Shown: positions 43,112-52,783, counted from the stretch's first letter. The stretch is DNA of 64,000 nucleotides from an uncultured Planctomycetaceae bacterium (GCA_963976765.1 CAXBME010000022.1:62001-126000); one strand, 5' to 3'. The notes: a model not told the origin generated them from the sequence alone. Program-made: numbers and translations.

Positions 43112-43969
43112 TTAACCCCAGAACTTCCACCAGGTTTTTGACGCGACCACAGCCGGTCGATTCAGATCGACCAGCTCCGTCACCTGATGCTTCTGGAAGT
43201 GATCAAGCAGTGCGTCGAAGCCGCGTTGCAACTTGAGATCAACTTCTGACTGGTGCATCGGCCAGACGGCGTAGAAGTTGATCTTCCGCCCGTCCGGAAG
43301 TTCCAGTACGGCGACTTCTGAGGGCAAGACCAGACACGGACTCAGCATCAACGCGCAGACAAACTGATTGTTGTCGGCATACGGAACCGGATCTTCGCCG
43401 CCGTTGGGGACTGTGTGTCCTGGTCCAAGCCACGTTTCGAACTCATGCGGCAACCGAGCCAGCACTTTCAGCAGCCTGACCGGCCAGTAATTGTTCTCGT
43501 CGTTGAAGTCTTCCTGCCTGACCGGCCACTCCGGCGGCAGGCAGATCATCAGCTCGGCAAAGGCAAAATCCTCGGCACCTTCCGGAACGGTCATCGGCTT
43601 GTCGCTCATCCCGCTCGTGACAAGTGTCCAGAACGGTCGCTCTTTGCTGGGCGGAACCTGATGAACGTCGATGTGGACGAGATCCGAAATCAATTCATGC
43701 CAGACCTGATCAATCTCGCCGATATGCTCCTCGATATGAGCCGTAATCGCGTCGATCGTTTCTTCGTCACCGCTGGCGAGTTTGAAATCGCGCTCACGAT
43801 CCTCGTGACGGTAAATCGGTGCCCCACTCGGAGACTCTTCCACAGGCGGAGCCGGCACCGGCACACGAATCATTTCTCCGCAGTCCCGACACTTCGCCGC
43901 CTGCCCCACTTTCGATTCATCAACCTTGTACCGCCGTCCGCACTTTTCGCATTCAAATGAAATCTGCAT
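43112..43969 (-). CDS. suppressor-of-fused (SUFU) domain protein with N-terminal zinc ribbon
   Basis: CEKC..CRDC; HELISDLVHIDV, TLVTSGMS, AEL, WP..LL..LAR.P, LGPGHT; ends in KTWWKFWG. Confidence 0.88.
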   Translation of the reverse strand: MQISFECEKCGRRYKVDESKVGQAAKCRDCGEMIRVPVPAPPVEESPSGAPIYRHEDRERDFKLASGDEETIDAITAHIEEHIGEIDQVWHELISDLVHIDVHQVPPSKERPFWTLVTSGMSDKPMTVPEGAEDFAFAELMICLPPEWPVRQEDFNDENNYWPVRLLKVLARLPHEFETWLGPGHTVPNGGEDPVPYADNNQFVCALMLSPCLVLPSEVAVLELPDGRKINFYAVWPMHQSEVDLKLQRGFDALLDHFQKHQVTELVDLNRPAVVASKTWWKFWG

Positions 43970-44029
43970 GGCACATCGACCTTGTACTCTGCCGCGAACG
44001 ACTCCGCTTTCCGCCCGTCGGAGCATATC

Positions 44030-44088
44030 GCAGGGTGGGTATCGCCCACCAATCCGAGTCAACTTCTGGTGGGCGGTGCCCACCCTGC
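44030..44088. repeat. family-A REP-like doublet
   Basis: gcagggtgggtatcgcccacc (44030-44050) and ggtgggcggtgcccaccctgc (44068-44088). Confidence 0.85.
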
Positions 44089-44091
44089 GCA

Positions 44092-47000
44092 CTACTGGAA
44101 GAGGTCGACGGGTTCCACTTCAGAAGACTCGTCATCCGGGCTTTCGGCAGCCAGAACCTGCAATTCGGCGACGACTCGAAAGCCGACGTCGACTGCGCGG
44201 AATGACTTGTCTGCTGTGAATTGCGTTCCCAGATAGAACCGGACTCCGTCTGCGCTTTTCTCGTGATGGACGAGCACCATGCGGTCAGGCTTGCTGCCGA
44301 ACTGGGCGTCCAGAGTCCATTCGGCGAACGTGTCGCCTGTTCGAGCGATGTTCAGCGGGTGCTGACTCGTCGCGTCGAACCAGCCGTGACAATCGTTGAG
44401 CATTGGATTGTCTGAGTTTGTTGAGGGCAGCGATCTGCGGGCGGCGCCGAGTTGCATCGCGGCGGTCCATTCCTCGTTCTTCGGCAGCCGATACTGTCTC
44501 TCTTCCTTTTTCGACAGCCATTTGCAGAACTCGGTAGCGTCCCGCCAACTGATCACTGATGCGGACATTCCGTCATCGTCATCCAGTGTCGATTTTTCAT
44601 TCTGCCAGCTTAGACCGGCAGCCCAGTTGAATAGTCGATTCTCCCGCCGCCAGCCGCCCTTTGTGTCGGGGACAGACTCAGGCTTCACGGTCGGCTCGCC
44701 TTCTAACCTGGGTGCGGCGCCCGGCGATTCATTGCTCGAATCAGATGCCACTTCGGGGAACAATGGCGTGCCTCGTTCGGCGTCGGTGGCGTAGCCTGTC
44801 TCATCAATGAACTCTTGAAACTGCGCGAACGACACCGGCTGGCGAGACATCACGAACGGATAAGAAACGACTTTGTGCTTACTGCTGATTCGCTCCTTGA
44901 GCTTCGGCGGGAACAGATATTCGAAGGAGGGATCTTTCAGGACCAAATCACGAATCGAATCCGGTTCGGGAAGCTCGCGCCGCAACTCGGCAAGTTGAGG
45001 CTGATCGACCAGGTGGTAGGCTGTTGGCGGAACCAGCACCAGTTCCATGCCAATTGAATTCGTACCGCTGCCGTCGATTTTCAATCGCTTTGACCATGCC
45101 TGGACAGACTCTGTGATCAGCTCGGCGGATGTTTCCAGCATAACCGGTTCGAAGGCCAGCTTCTCACGCAGAGTCCCGGCCTCGCGCGATCGCACCAGCG
45201 AGAACAGTATGTAACCTCGTGCTTCGTCCACTCGAAAATCCCACGGTCGCAAACCCGGTCCCTGAGTGACGCAGATTTGAAGTCGATCAGGTTCGCTCGG
45301 CATTGGAGATGCGCTGCCACCAAACATCGACATCGGTTCGCCGCCCTCGTCGCCGTACCCGCCGAATTCCATCGGTCCGTCCGAAAGATTTGGCGATGCA
45401 GGCGTCATTCCGAATCCGCCTTGTGGCTGAACATGGCTCTTGCGCCCGGCTCGAAATTCCACGATGCCCATCAACTGTTGCCCGTCTGCCAGCGTCAGGT
45501 CGATCAGCGCCGGCGTGACGGATTCGTCGATCTTCACCCGAAACTGCTCACGGTCGATCTGGGCAGACTCGTGGATGGCGAAGGTCGCCAGGTCGTTTTC
45601 AAGTTCGAACTCGTAGCGAGCTGCTTCGTCGCCGGAATCACCAACCAGGCTCTCACCGAACAGCCCCTTCTGATTCGGGTCCGACTCCCACCGCCCGGTG
45701 ATCAGCTGAGCGAGCTTCGGTTTCGGCACTTTGATTTCTGCCAACTGGCCGCTGACCAGTGTGACTTCTCCGGAAGCCACATGCTCGCCCTTCAGCATGG
45801 CTCGCCACTTGTACGTGCCGGGAACCTCGGAAAGCTGGACCATGATGCCATGATGAGCCGGCGTGAACGTCGACTCGGCACCGTTCGGATAATCGATCAC
45901 GACTTCCAGGCCATCGACAGCAACGTCGAAATTCAGCCGCACCATGCACAACGGGGCGATCGGAACTTCGGTGGGAATCGGTTGAATGCTATTTTCCAGA
46001 AACGACGTCAGATCCTGGCGATCGTGATAGTACGACTTCAGGCGATACACGTCCGAGTACCAGACGTCGTAAGCGATAGTGCAGAACGCCGTGGCGAATA
46101 ACAGCGTCGTCAGCACGCGAAGCCAGCGTCCACGTTCAAACAATCGCGAGCCATCTTCGCGACGACGACGAAACCATACGATCGCGATCACCCACCAGAG
46201 GCAGAACACTCCTGCCAGAGTGATCAGAATGTCTCGGTCTCGATCGGCCAGACTCTCGACGTGCATCTGGAAAGCCCACTCTTCCTGCATGTAGAAAAGC
46301 AGAGTCCAGACGGCGACCGGCAGACACCACAGAACCAACCAGCCAAGCCGACCGCTCCAACTGACCGGAGTAATCTCGCACAGCCGCCTCACCAGTCGGC
46401 GTGCACGTCCCTCGAAAGAATTGTCGACCAGTCCGGATGGTTCGCCGCTACCGTCTACCAATTCGGGCTCCATCATCAGCTTGTTTACGAAGTACGCCAG
46501 CATCCCCACGAAGCACAGCCCGATCAGCGAAAGCGTCGCGATGACAGAGGCTTCCTGACCCAGCGGACCCAATGCAACCAGAACCAGAGGGATCGCCACC
46601 AGCCAGACGGGAATTGGGATCGTCAACTTCGTCGGCGAAGTGTTTGTCGGCGGAGAAGTTGCGATGCCAAGCGAAGCAACCGCGCCGGATGCAAAGGTGT
46701 CGTGGTGAACGGCTGCGGCCGAAGCTTCGCCCTCCGTACCAACTGCTGCCGCCGCCGTGGCGCTGGAAAACTCGATCGTTGGAGCCGCTCCGTTCTGCAA
46801 TGATGCCAGACCTCGTTCCAGCACGTCGGCGACTTCCTGAGCGGACTGGTACCGATCGGCGGGCCGCTTGGCGTGCAGCCGGTTGATCAGCATGACCAGC
46901 CAGTCGGGTACCTCGGGATTGATCTCGCGGATCGGGCGGGCCGTGTTGTCGCAAAGTCGTTTCAGCACGCCCATCGTCGTCGTCGCTCGAAACGGAGCGT

Positions 47001-47919
47001 GGCCGGCGAGCATTGTGTAAAGGACGCTGCCCAGGCTGAACAGGTCTGCCCGCTCGTCAACTGCGTCGCCGTTGGCCTGTTCCGGAGCCATGTACTGAGG
47101 CGTCCCGGCGACGACTCCGCTTTGAGTGAGACTCGCATCGTCCACCGCGCGAGCCAGCCCGAAGTCCGTAATGCGAACTCGCGCGACGCCGTTCTCCAGC
47201 AGGATGTTCGCCGGTTTGATGTCTCGATGTACGACGCCCTGCGTGTGAGCCGCCGCCAGTCCCTGAGCAATCTGCTTCGCAATTCGCACGGCTTCGCGAA
47301 CTTCCAGCGAACCGTTGCGGTGAATGCGAGCTTCCAGCGTCTCGCCCTTCACATACTGCATGACGATAAACGGCGGCGATTCTTCAACGGCGTGAATCGT
47401 GACAACGTGTTCGTGGCAAATGCCCGCCGCCGATCGCCCTTCTCGAACAAACCGCTGCCGAGCCTGACCGTTCCCTGCCAGATGCGGAGCAAGCAGCTTG
47501 ACCGCAACGACTCGCCGCAGCGTCCGGTCAAACGCTTTCAGCACGATGCCCATGCCGCCTCGGCCAGCGACTCGCAGAATGTCGTAGTGCTTGAGCCGAC
47601 CGATCGTGCCGGGTTCGGTCGGCGGATCGATGAACGAAAGCTTCAACTCGATCGCTTCGCCCATCTCCTCGGCGTCTTCCGGAGACTGCTGCTGCAACTC
47701 TTCAACAACCCGCTCCAGGCTCGGACCGGCGGCTTCGTCGCCCGAAAGTTTTTCCGCTGCCGATTTCCAGAAATCTCCGTCAGCGACAATCTCCAGCAGC
47801 GTGTTCTGGCAGACATCGCAACGTTCCAGATGGAGCTGCAGGCCGTCGGCCTCGCTGTCAGAAAGCGAGCCGTTGACCAGTCCGCGCAGGGCAGTTGTCG
47901 AAGGGCAGGGCGTTGTCAT
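44092..47919 (-). CDS. membrane Ser/Thr protein kinase: zf-HC2 + kinase + TM + TIGR03067-like + degenerate FGE-sulfatase domain
   Basis: HLERCDVC; GRGGMG, VAVK, HRDIKPAN, DFG, GTPQYMAPE; IDESVTPALIDL..GI..LQIC..RP.DF; TNSIGMELVLVP, SW.DA..FCKWLS...YRLP, GFRVV. Confidence 0.92.
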   Translation of the reverse strand: MTTPCPSTTALRGLVNGSLSDSEADGLQLHLERCDVCQNTLLEIVADGDFWKSAAEKLSGDEAAGPSLERVVEELQQQSPEDAEEMGEAIELKLSFIDPPTEPGTIGRLKHYDILRVAGRGGMGIVLKAFDRTLRRVVAVKLLAPHLAGNGQARQRFVREGRSAAGICHEHVVTIHAVEESPPFIVMQYVKGETLEARIHRNGSLEVREAVRIAKQIAQGLAAAHTQGVVHRDIKPANILLENGVARVRITDFGLARAVDDASLTQSGVVAGTPQYMAPEQANGDAVDERADLFSLGSVLYTMLAGHAPFRATTTMGVLKRLCDNTARPIREINPEVPDWLVMLINRLHAKRPADRYQSAQEVADVLERGLASLQNGAAPTIEFSSATAAAAVGTEGEASAAAVHHDTFASGAVASLGIATSPPTNTSPTKLTIPIPVWLVAIPLVLVALGPLGQEASVIATLSLIGLCFVGMLAYFVNKLMMEPELVDGSGEPSGLVDNSFEGRARRLVRRLCEITPVSWSGRLGWLVLWCLPVAVWTLLFYMQEEWAFQMHVESLADRDRDILITLAGVFCLWWVIAIVWFRRRREDGSRLFERGRWLRVLTTLLFATAFCTIAYDVWYSDVYRLKSYYHDRQDLTSFLENSIQPIPTEVPIAPLCMVRLNFDVAVDGLEVVIDYPNGAESTFTPAHHGIMVQLSEVPGTYKWRAMLKGEHVASGEVTLVSGQLAEIKVPKPKLAQLITGRWESDPNQKGLFGESLVGDSGDEAARYEFELENDLATFAIHESAQIDREQFRVKIDESVTPALIDLTLADGQQLMGIVEFRAGRKSHVQPQGGFGMTPASPNLSDGPMEFGGYGDEGGEPMSMFGGSASPMPSEPDRLQICVTQGPGLRPWDFRVDEARGYILFSLVRSREAGTLREKLAFEPVMLETSAELITESVQAWSKRLKIDGSGTNSIGMELVLVPPTAYHLVDQPQLAELRRELPEPDSIRDLVLKDPSFEYLFPPKLKERISSKHKVVSYPFVMSRQPVSFAQFQEFIDETGYATDAERGTPLFPEVASDSSNESPGAAPRLEGEPTVKPESVPDTKGGWRRENRLFNWAAGLSWQNEKSTLDDDDGMSASVISWRDATEFCKWLSKKEERQYRLPKNEEWTAAMQLGAARRSLPSTNSDNPMLNDCHGWFDATSQHPLNIARTGDTFAEWTLDAQFGSKPDRMVLVHHEKSADGVRFYLGTQFTADKSFRAVDVGFRVVAELQVLAAESPDDESSEVEPVDLFQ

Positions 47920-47941
47920 CAGTCGGATTCTCCGCCGCTCA

Positions 47942-47996
47942 GTAACGGTGGGCACAGCCCACCACGATTTAAACTGGTGGGCGATACCCACCCTAC
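47942..47996. repeat. family-A REP-like doublet
   Basis: gtaacggtgggcacagcccacc (47942-47963) and ggtgggcgatacccaccctac (47976-47996). Confidence 0.85.
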
Positions 47997-48075
47997 AGAA
48001 CAACCAGTACAGCCGAGCCACCAGACCCTTTCGCGCAATCTGAAGATTTTCCAACCCCGACGATCAGAAAATCAG

Positions 48076-48139
48076 GCCACAGAGAACACGGAGCCCTCAA
48101 AGAAACTCTCTTCCTGAACTTCTCAGTGACCTCTGTGGC
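48076..48139. repeat. family-C palindrome
   Basis: gccacagagaacacggag...ctcagtgacctctgtggc. Confidence 0.7.
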
Positions 48140-48207
48140 TCAATCGGATAGAAAAGGTTAGCAGTAACAAATGGACGACTCTGCGTTTCGCGATTCCAGA
48201 GACTGAC

Positions 48208-48684
48208 ATGGATCTTCTCGATCGACTCCTCGGGCACGATGCCTGGACAACGCGGCAGTTGCTTGACATCTGCCTGCCCCTGTCTGACGACCAGCTTGAC
48301 CACGAGTTCGACATCGGTCATCGAACGCTGCGTCGAACGCTGGACCACATTATTCACAACATGGAAGTCTGGTCGTCGCTGATGGCAGAACAACCGTTCG
48401 ATCGAGCGACGGACCAGACCATTCCCGGCATGATTCGGCGACTTGACCTCGCAGCGGAAAGGCTGAAATCCGTTTCGCGACGCGTTGCCGACACCGACGG
48501 CTGGGACAATCTGTGGCATGACTATCTCGATGACCCGCCGCAGCGAAAAAGTTTCGGCGCGGGCATCGCTCACGTCATCACGCACAGCATGCACCACCGA
48601 GCACAATTGCTTTACATGCTTCGCCTGACCGGCGTTACCAGCTTCCCTGAGGGCGACGTCTTCAGTTGGGAAAGTACGACCTGA
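48208..48684 (+). CDS. DinB family protein
   Basis: H..W, TL..TL.HI, HVITHSMHHRAQ...MLR..G. Confidence 0.88.
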   Translation: MDLLDRLLGHDAWTTRQLLDICLPLSDDQLDHEFDIGHRTLRRTLDHIIHNMEVWSSLMAEQPFDRATDQTIPGMIRRLDLAAERLKSVSRRVADTDGWDNLWHDYLDDPPQRKSFGAGIAHVITHSMHHRAQLLYMLRLTGVTSFPEGDVFSWESTT

Positions 48685-48875
48685 CGATTATTCCCGCATA
48701 TTCCCGCTCAGGGATAAAAGACTGAGCCATCGAAAGCTCTCGCGCATTCTGGTCGGACCACTCGGACTACCGGGGATCGTGGCTGAGTGAAACGGGGATC
48801 GTTATCCTCTCGCCCTTCCGCTGTTCGCAGCACGAGTTTTCGCAAAACCTTTGGATACTCTCAGAAGTCTTCGCC

Positions 48876-49982
48876 ATGTCTGACAAAGTACGAATCGGCA
48901 TCATTGGTGCCGGAGCCGTTTCTGACTACCACCACGTTCCAGGCATCAATATCGATCCTCGTTGCGAACTGGTCGCGGTGTGTGACCCGAACGAAGCGCT
49001 GCTCGAACAGCGGCAGAAGGACTGGGGACCGACGAAGAAGACGACGAACTACGAAGAAATCGCCGCCGATCCAGACATCGACGCGGTCATCGTCGCGACT
49101 CCGAACTTCGTCCATCGCGAGCAGACGCTTGCCTGTGTCAACGCCGGCAAGCACGTCATGTGCGAAAAGCCGCTCGGCCTGAACTTCCACGAGTCCGCCG
49201 AAATGTACCGGGCCGCTCGCGATAAAGGCGTGCGGCACATGACCGCCTTCACCTACCGGTTCGCCCCGTCGATGAGGTACGTGCGGCATCTGGTTCAGTC
49301 GGGACAGCTCGGTGTGCCGCGACATTTCCGCAGCCAGCGATTTCTCGACTGGCCGGAAACAAGCTGGGGCTGGCGGCAGTACAAGCACCTCGCCGGAGCT
49401 GGCGACCTTTTTGACATGACGATTCACCGGATTGATTTCGCGATGGATCTGATGGGTCCGATCAAGGCGATCTGCGGAGCCATCGCGCAGTTCGCTCCTC
49501 GTGACAGGACGGTCGACGGAGAAAGCTGCAAGCCGTCTGAAGTTGATGACTGGTCATCGCTGATTGGTCAGTTCGAAAACGGGGCGACCGGCGTCTGGGA
49601 AGGCAGCACGGTCATGAAAGGTCACCACAACAACGGCTTCGGCTACGAGTGGGCCGAGGTCAACGGTTCAGAAGGTTCAGCCGCGTACCAGCTCACGGAT
49701 CCAAACAACGTGATCATCGGCAAGCACGGCGGCACGATGGAGAAGGTGCCCGTCCCCGATGAATTCCTGGTCATCGAAGGCAGCCCCAGACCTCGCAACG
49801 AAGGTGTGCCAAGCACCGTCTTCCGCTACGACCTGGTCTGGGAGTTCGTCTCGGCGATCGTCGAAGGCCGCGACGCTCTGCCCGGCTTCGATCATGGTGC
49901 GAGAGCCCAGTTCATCGCCGACGCCTGTCTGGAATCCTTCGAGAAAAAAGCCTGGGTCGACATTAACCCGGCCCTCGGTTGA
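48876..49982 (+). CDS. Gfo/Idh/MocA family oxidoreductase
   Basis: RIGIIGAG, DAVIVATPN..H, GKHVMCEKP, G.L.D..IH.ID. Confidence 0.93.
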   Translation: MSDKVRIGIIGAGAVSDYHHVPGINIDPRCELVAVCDPNEALLEQRQKDWGPTKKTTNYEEIAADPDIDAVIVATPNFVHREQTLACVNAGKHVMCEKPLGLNFHESAEMYRAARDKGVRHMTAFTYRFAPSMRYVRHLVQSGQLGVPRHFRSQRFLDWPETSWGWRQYKHLAGAGDLFDMTIHRIDFAMDLMGPIKAICGAIAQFAPRDRTVDGESCKPSEVDDWSSLIGQFENGATGVWEGSTVMKGHHNNGFGYEWAEVNGSEGSAAYQLTDPNNVIIGKHGGTMEKVPVPDEFLVIEGSPRPRNEGVPSTVFRYDLVWEFVSAIVEGRDALPGFDHGARAQFIADACLESFEKKAWVDINPALG

Positions 49983-49985
49983 TCC

Positions 49986-50164
49986 GCAGGTCAGGCTCTG
50001 CCTGACGGAACCAACTGATTATCCAGTCAGACTCGGAAGAGTTTAAGACTACGGAAGGACACGGAAAGCAAACATTTTTCCGTGTCCTTCCGTGTGTTCC
50101 GTGGTTTGTTTCTTCACAAAGATCGTTTGGTAAATGAGATTTCGTCAGGCTGAGCCTGACCTAC
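49986..50164. repeat. family-B REP-like doublet enclosing a family-C palindrome
   Basis: gcaggtcaggctctgcctgacg (49986-50007) and cgtcaggctgagcctgacctac (50143-50164), with inner acggaaggacacggaaa...tttccgtgtccttccgt. Confidence 0.85.
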
Positions 50165-50180
50165 TGATTGGAAGGCAAGC

Positions 50181-51512
50181 GTGTCCGATTCGCAGAGCAG
50201 TGCTGAAGGCAGCTCGACGGATCAACCGCGAGATCCCGAGATCATTACCGACGAGCCTCGCAATCTGATCGTGCTCGCACTGTTTAATGTGACGCTGCGG
50301 TTTTCGTGGATTTTCAAGACCGAGAGCGTCCTGATTCCCCGGTTCATGGACGTGATCGACGGATCGGGTTTCGTGCGAGGATTCCTGCCCGTCTTCAACC
50401 GCTTTGGCCAGAGCGTCGTGCCGTTGTTTCTGGCAGACCGACTGCGGCGAGCCCCCCTCAAGCGGCGAGTTCTGCAGACAACATCGACGCTGATGGGAGC
50501 CTGTTTTCTGACGCTGGCCGGGTTGTGGTACTGGCTGGGCGAACCGGTCAACGGTGGAGCGCCGACCTGGATGCCAGCCGCGTTTCTGACGATCTATGTT
50601 GTCTTCTTCGTCGTCAGCGGCATGAATCAATTGGCTCTGGGCACGATCCAGGGCAAGCTGATCCGAGCCAATCGTCGAGGCCGGCTGCTGGCTATTTCAG
50701 GCGTCACCGGATCAGTGATCTCGATCACGCTGGCCTGGTTCCTGCTGCAACGCTGGCTCGAACACCCTCTGCAATTGCCGGACAGCGGGTACGTTCTCAT
50801 TTTTGGTTTTGCCGGAGCCGGTTTCGTGATTGCGAGTCTGTTGACACTTCCGATCCGGGAACCCGTCGACAACGAATGCCCGTCAACCGCTCGCAGCGCA
50901 AAGCAGGCAATGACCGACGCGTGGGAAATCATTCGTCACGATCACGAATTTCGCCGAGCCGCCATCGTCGCCATGCTTTTTATCACCGTGCAGTTTCTGT
51001 TCCCGCATTTCCAGGCGTTCGGTCGCAGCCGCATCCCAAAAGAAGACGAAGGATTTCATCTGATGCTCTGGGTGATCGCTCAGAACGGCGCCGTCGGAGT
51101 TTTCAGCTGGATGTCCGGCATCATCGCCGACCGTTACGGAAACCGGCTGGCGATACGGATCCAGGTTTTCCTCTGCACGCTCACTCCGCTGATGGCCCTG
51201 TTCCTGATCAGCGACTTCATCTACGAAGGCCATAAGTGTTTCTGGCTGGCGTTCGTGTTTCTGGGACTCGTCCCGGTCACGATGAAAACCTTCGTCAATT
51301 ACACGCTCGAACTGACCGACACCGCCAACCACCCACGCTATGTCAGCACAATGGGCCTGTGCTTCGCCGTGCCATTCGTCCTGTCGCCAGTAGTCGGCAA
51401 GCTGATCGACATCATCGGCTTCCAGCCAATTTTCCTGGCCATCAGCGTCCTCATCGGAGTCGGTGCCCTGCTGACCTTCCGTATGGCCGAGCCGCGACAT
51501 ACTCAGGGATGA
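50181..51512 (+). CDS. MFS transporter
   Basis: About 12 TM; LADRLRR, RRGR, GIIADRYGNR, GKLIDIIG. Confidence 0.88.
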   Translation: MSDSQSSAEGSSTDQPRDPEIITDEPRNLIVLALFNVTLRFSWIFKTESVLIPRFMDVIDGSGFVRGFLPVFNRFGQSVVPLFLADRLRRAPLKRRVLQTTSTLMGACFLTLAGLWYWLGEPVNGGAPTWMPAAFLTIYVVFFVVSGMNQLALGTIQGKLIRANRRGRLLAISGVTGSVISITLAWFLLQRWLEHPLQLPDSGYVLIFGFAGAGFVIASLLTLPIREPVDNECPSTARSAKQAMTDAWEIIRHDHEFRRAAIVAMLFITVQFLFPHFQAFGRSRIPKEDEGFHLMLWVIAQNGAVGVFSWMSGIIADRYGNRLAIRIQVFLCTLTPLMALFLISDFIYEGHKCFWLAFVFLGLVPVTMKTFVNYTLELTDTANHPRYVSTMGLCFAVPFVLSPVVGKLIDIIGFQPIFLAISVLIGVGALLTFRMAEPRHTQG

Positions 51513-51584
51513 CTCAGGCATGAAACGACCAGCCGAAGGTGGTCATTCCGAAACACAACTCTGAAAAAAACGAAAGGTGAATCA

Positions 51585-52355
51585 ATGAGCTCGATCGTTT
51601 TGATACTGGTAATGCTTGGGCAGTCTGGCAGTTCACAGGCTTCGACTCAGTCCGTCGAGCCGGAAAAGGACACTCGCAGTTTCTACCTGATCGGGAACTC
51701 GTTGACGTGGGACACCGTTCCGGCATGGATGGACGGCGACGTGCAGTGGCATGTCGACTGTGGCAAAAGCCTGCCGTTCATTCATGCGAATCCGGAAGAG
51801 CCGTGTGTGAAGTCGTCAACGTTGTGGCCCAAAGCACTGGCTGAGAAACAGTACGACGTGGTTTCCCTGCAGTCTCATTACGGAGCGACTTTGGAAGAAG
51901 ACGTCGCCACGATTTCAAAGTGGGTCGACATGCAGTCGAGGGCCGATTTTGTCATTCACACCGGCTGGGCTCATCACGAAAAACGAGCGGTCGAATACGC
52001 CAGCAAAGATGTCTCCCAGAAGATGGTCCACAGTCCGAAGTACATCGACACCCTGCTTGATCGTCTGCGAAAAAAGTACCCGGGGCGAAACTTCCGACAG
52101 ACTCACGCAATCGACCTGCTGGCGAAGATCGCCGCCGATATCGAAGCGGGCAAAGCTCCGTTCAAGAGTGTTTCAGATCTGCACCGCGACGCGATCCACG
52201 TAAAGATCGACACGGGCCGATACCTCATGCACAACTGCATGCGTCATGCTCTTGGTCAGCCGAGATCCGCAGCACACTACGAGAAGCTCGACCCAAAGAT
52301 CAAAGCGTACCTGGATAGCGTGCTGGCAACGCTGCCGGAGTTGAGTGATCGGTAG
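51585..52355 (+). CDS. secreted SGNH-hydrolase-like protein
   Basis: Hydrophobic N-terminus; FYLIGNSLT (block I-like) and DAIH (DxxH). Confidence 0.6.
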   Translation: MSSIVLILVMLGQSGSSQASTQSVEPEKDTRSFYLIGNSLTWDTVPAWMDGDVQWHVDCGKSLPFIHANPEEPCVKSSTLWPKALAEKQYDVVSLQSHYGATLEEDVATISKWVDMQSRADFVIHTGWAHHEKRAVEYASKDVSQKMVHSPKYIDTLLDRLRKKYPGRNFRQTHAIDLLAKIAADIEAGKAPFKSVSDLHRDAIHVKIDTGRYLMHNCMRHALGQPRSAAHYEKLDPKIKAYLDSVLATLPELSDR

Positions 52356-52376
52356 AATGGCCAGTGCCCACCCTAC
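52352..52376. repeat. degenerate family-A REP-like copy between convergent stops
   Basis: gtagaatggccagtgcccaccctac. Confidence 0.5.
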
Positions 52377-52378
52377 AG

Positions 52379-52783
52379 CTATGGCGAGTCGGTCACGGTC
52401 GGCGGGTACATGCCGCACTCGATGTGATTTCCATCGGGATCGAGGAAAAAGACCTGAGTGACGCCGGTGTCGGGAACGTGGCGTGAAACGAATTCGATGC
52501 CGCGTTCATCGAGTTGTTTCTGCACAGCATCGATATCGCTGACTCGGAAGGCGATGTGATCGACTCGTGCCCGGATCTCGGTGTCTGCTGGGACGGCATT
52601 TTCAGATTCGATCAGGTGAATCTGCAGGCCGTAATTGAACAGCCACGCTCCACGGAAATTAAAGCCGGGTCGATCGAGTGGCTGAAATCCCAGAACATCC
52701 CGATAGAAAGCGATGCTCTTTTCGAGATCCCGCGTGACGCGCGAAACATGGTGGATGAATTCGATCGGCAAGGGGTCGGACAT
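52379..52783 (-). CDS. VOC/glyoxalase family protein
   Basis: IHHVS, FYRDVLGF, DHIAFRV, FFLDPDGNHIE. Alternative start at 52822. Confidence 0.92.
   Translation of the reverse strand: MSDPLPIEFIHHVSRVTRDLEKSIAFYRDVLGFQPLDRPGFNFRGAWLFNYGLQIHLIESENAVPADTEIRARVDHIAFRVSDIDAVQKQLDERGIEFVSRHVPDTGVTQVFFLDPDGNHIECGMYPPTVTDSP

Noticed and set aside
43970..44092. N-terminal extensions of the SUFU ORF (and of the kinase, 47920-48054) in the ORF track
   Set aside because: They are translations of REP doublets (RVGTAHQ, RVGIAHQ, WWAVPT). The downstream ATGs fit the domain starts better.
44092..44300. Diversity-generating retroelement target (FGE-type C-terminus ...GFRVV followed by a hairpin)
   Set aside because: No reverse transcriptase and no template repeat differing at adenines is visible in the window. 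The hairpin is a family-A REP. A remote DGR cannot be excluded without the whole genome.
46873..48117. 414-aa plus-strand ORF
   Set aside because: Antisense to the kinase domain and runs through repeats.
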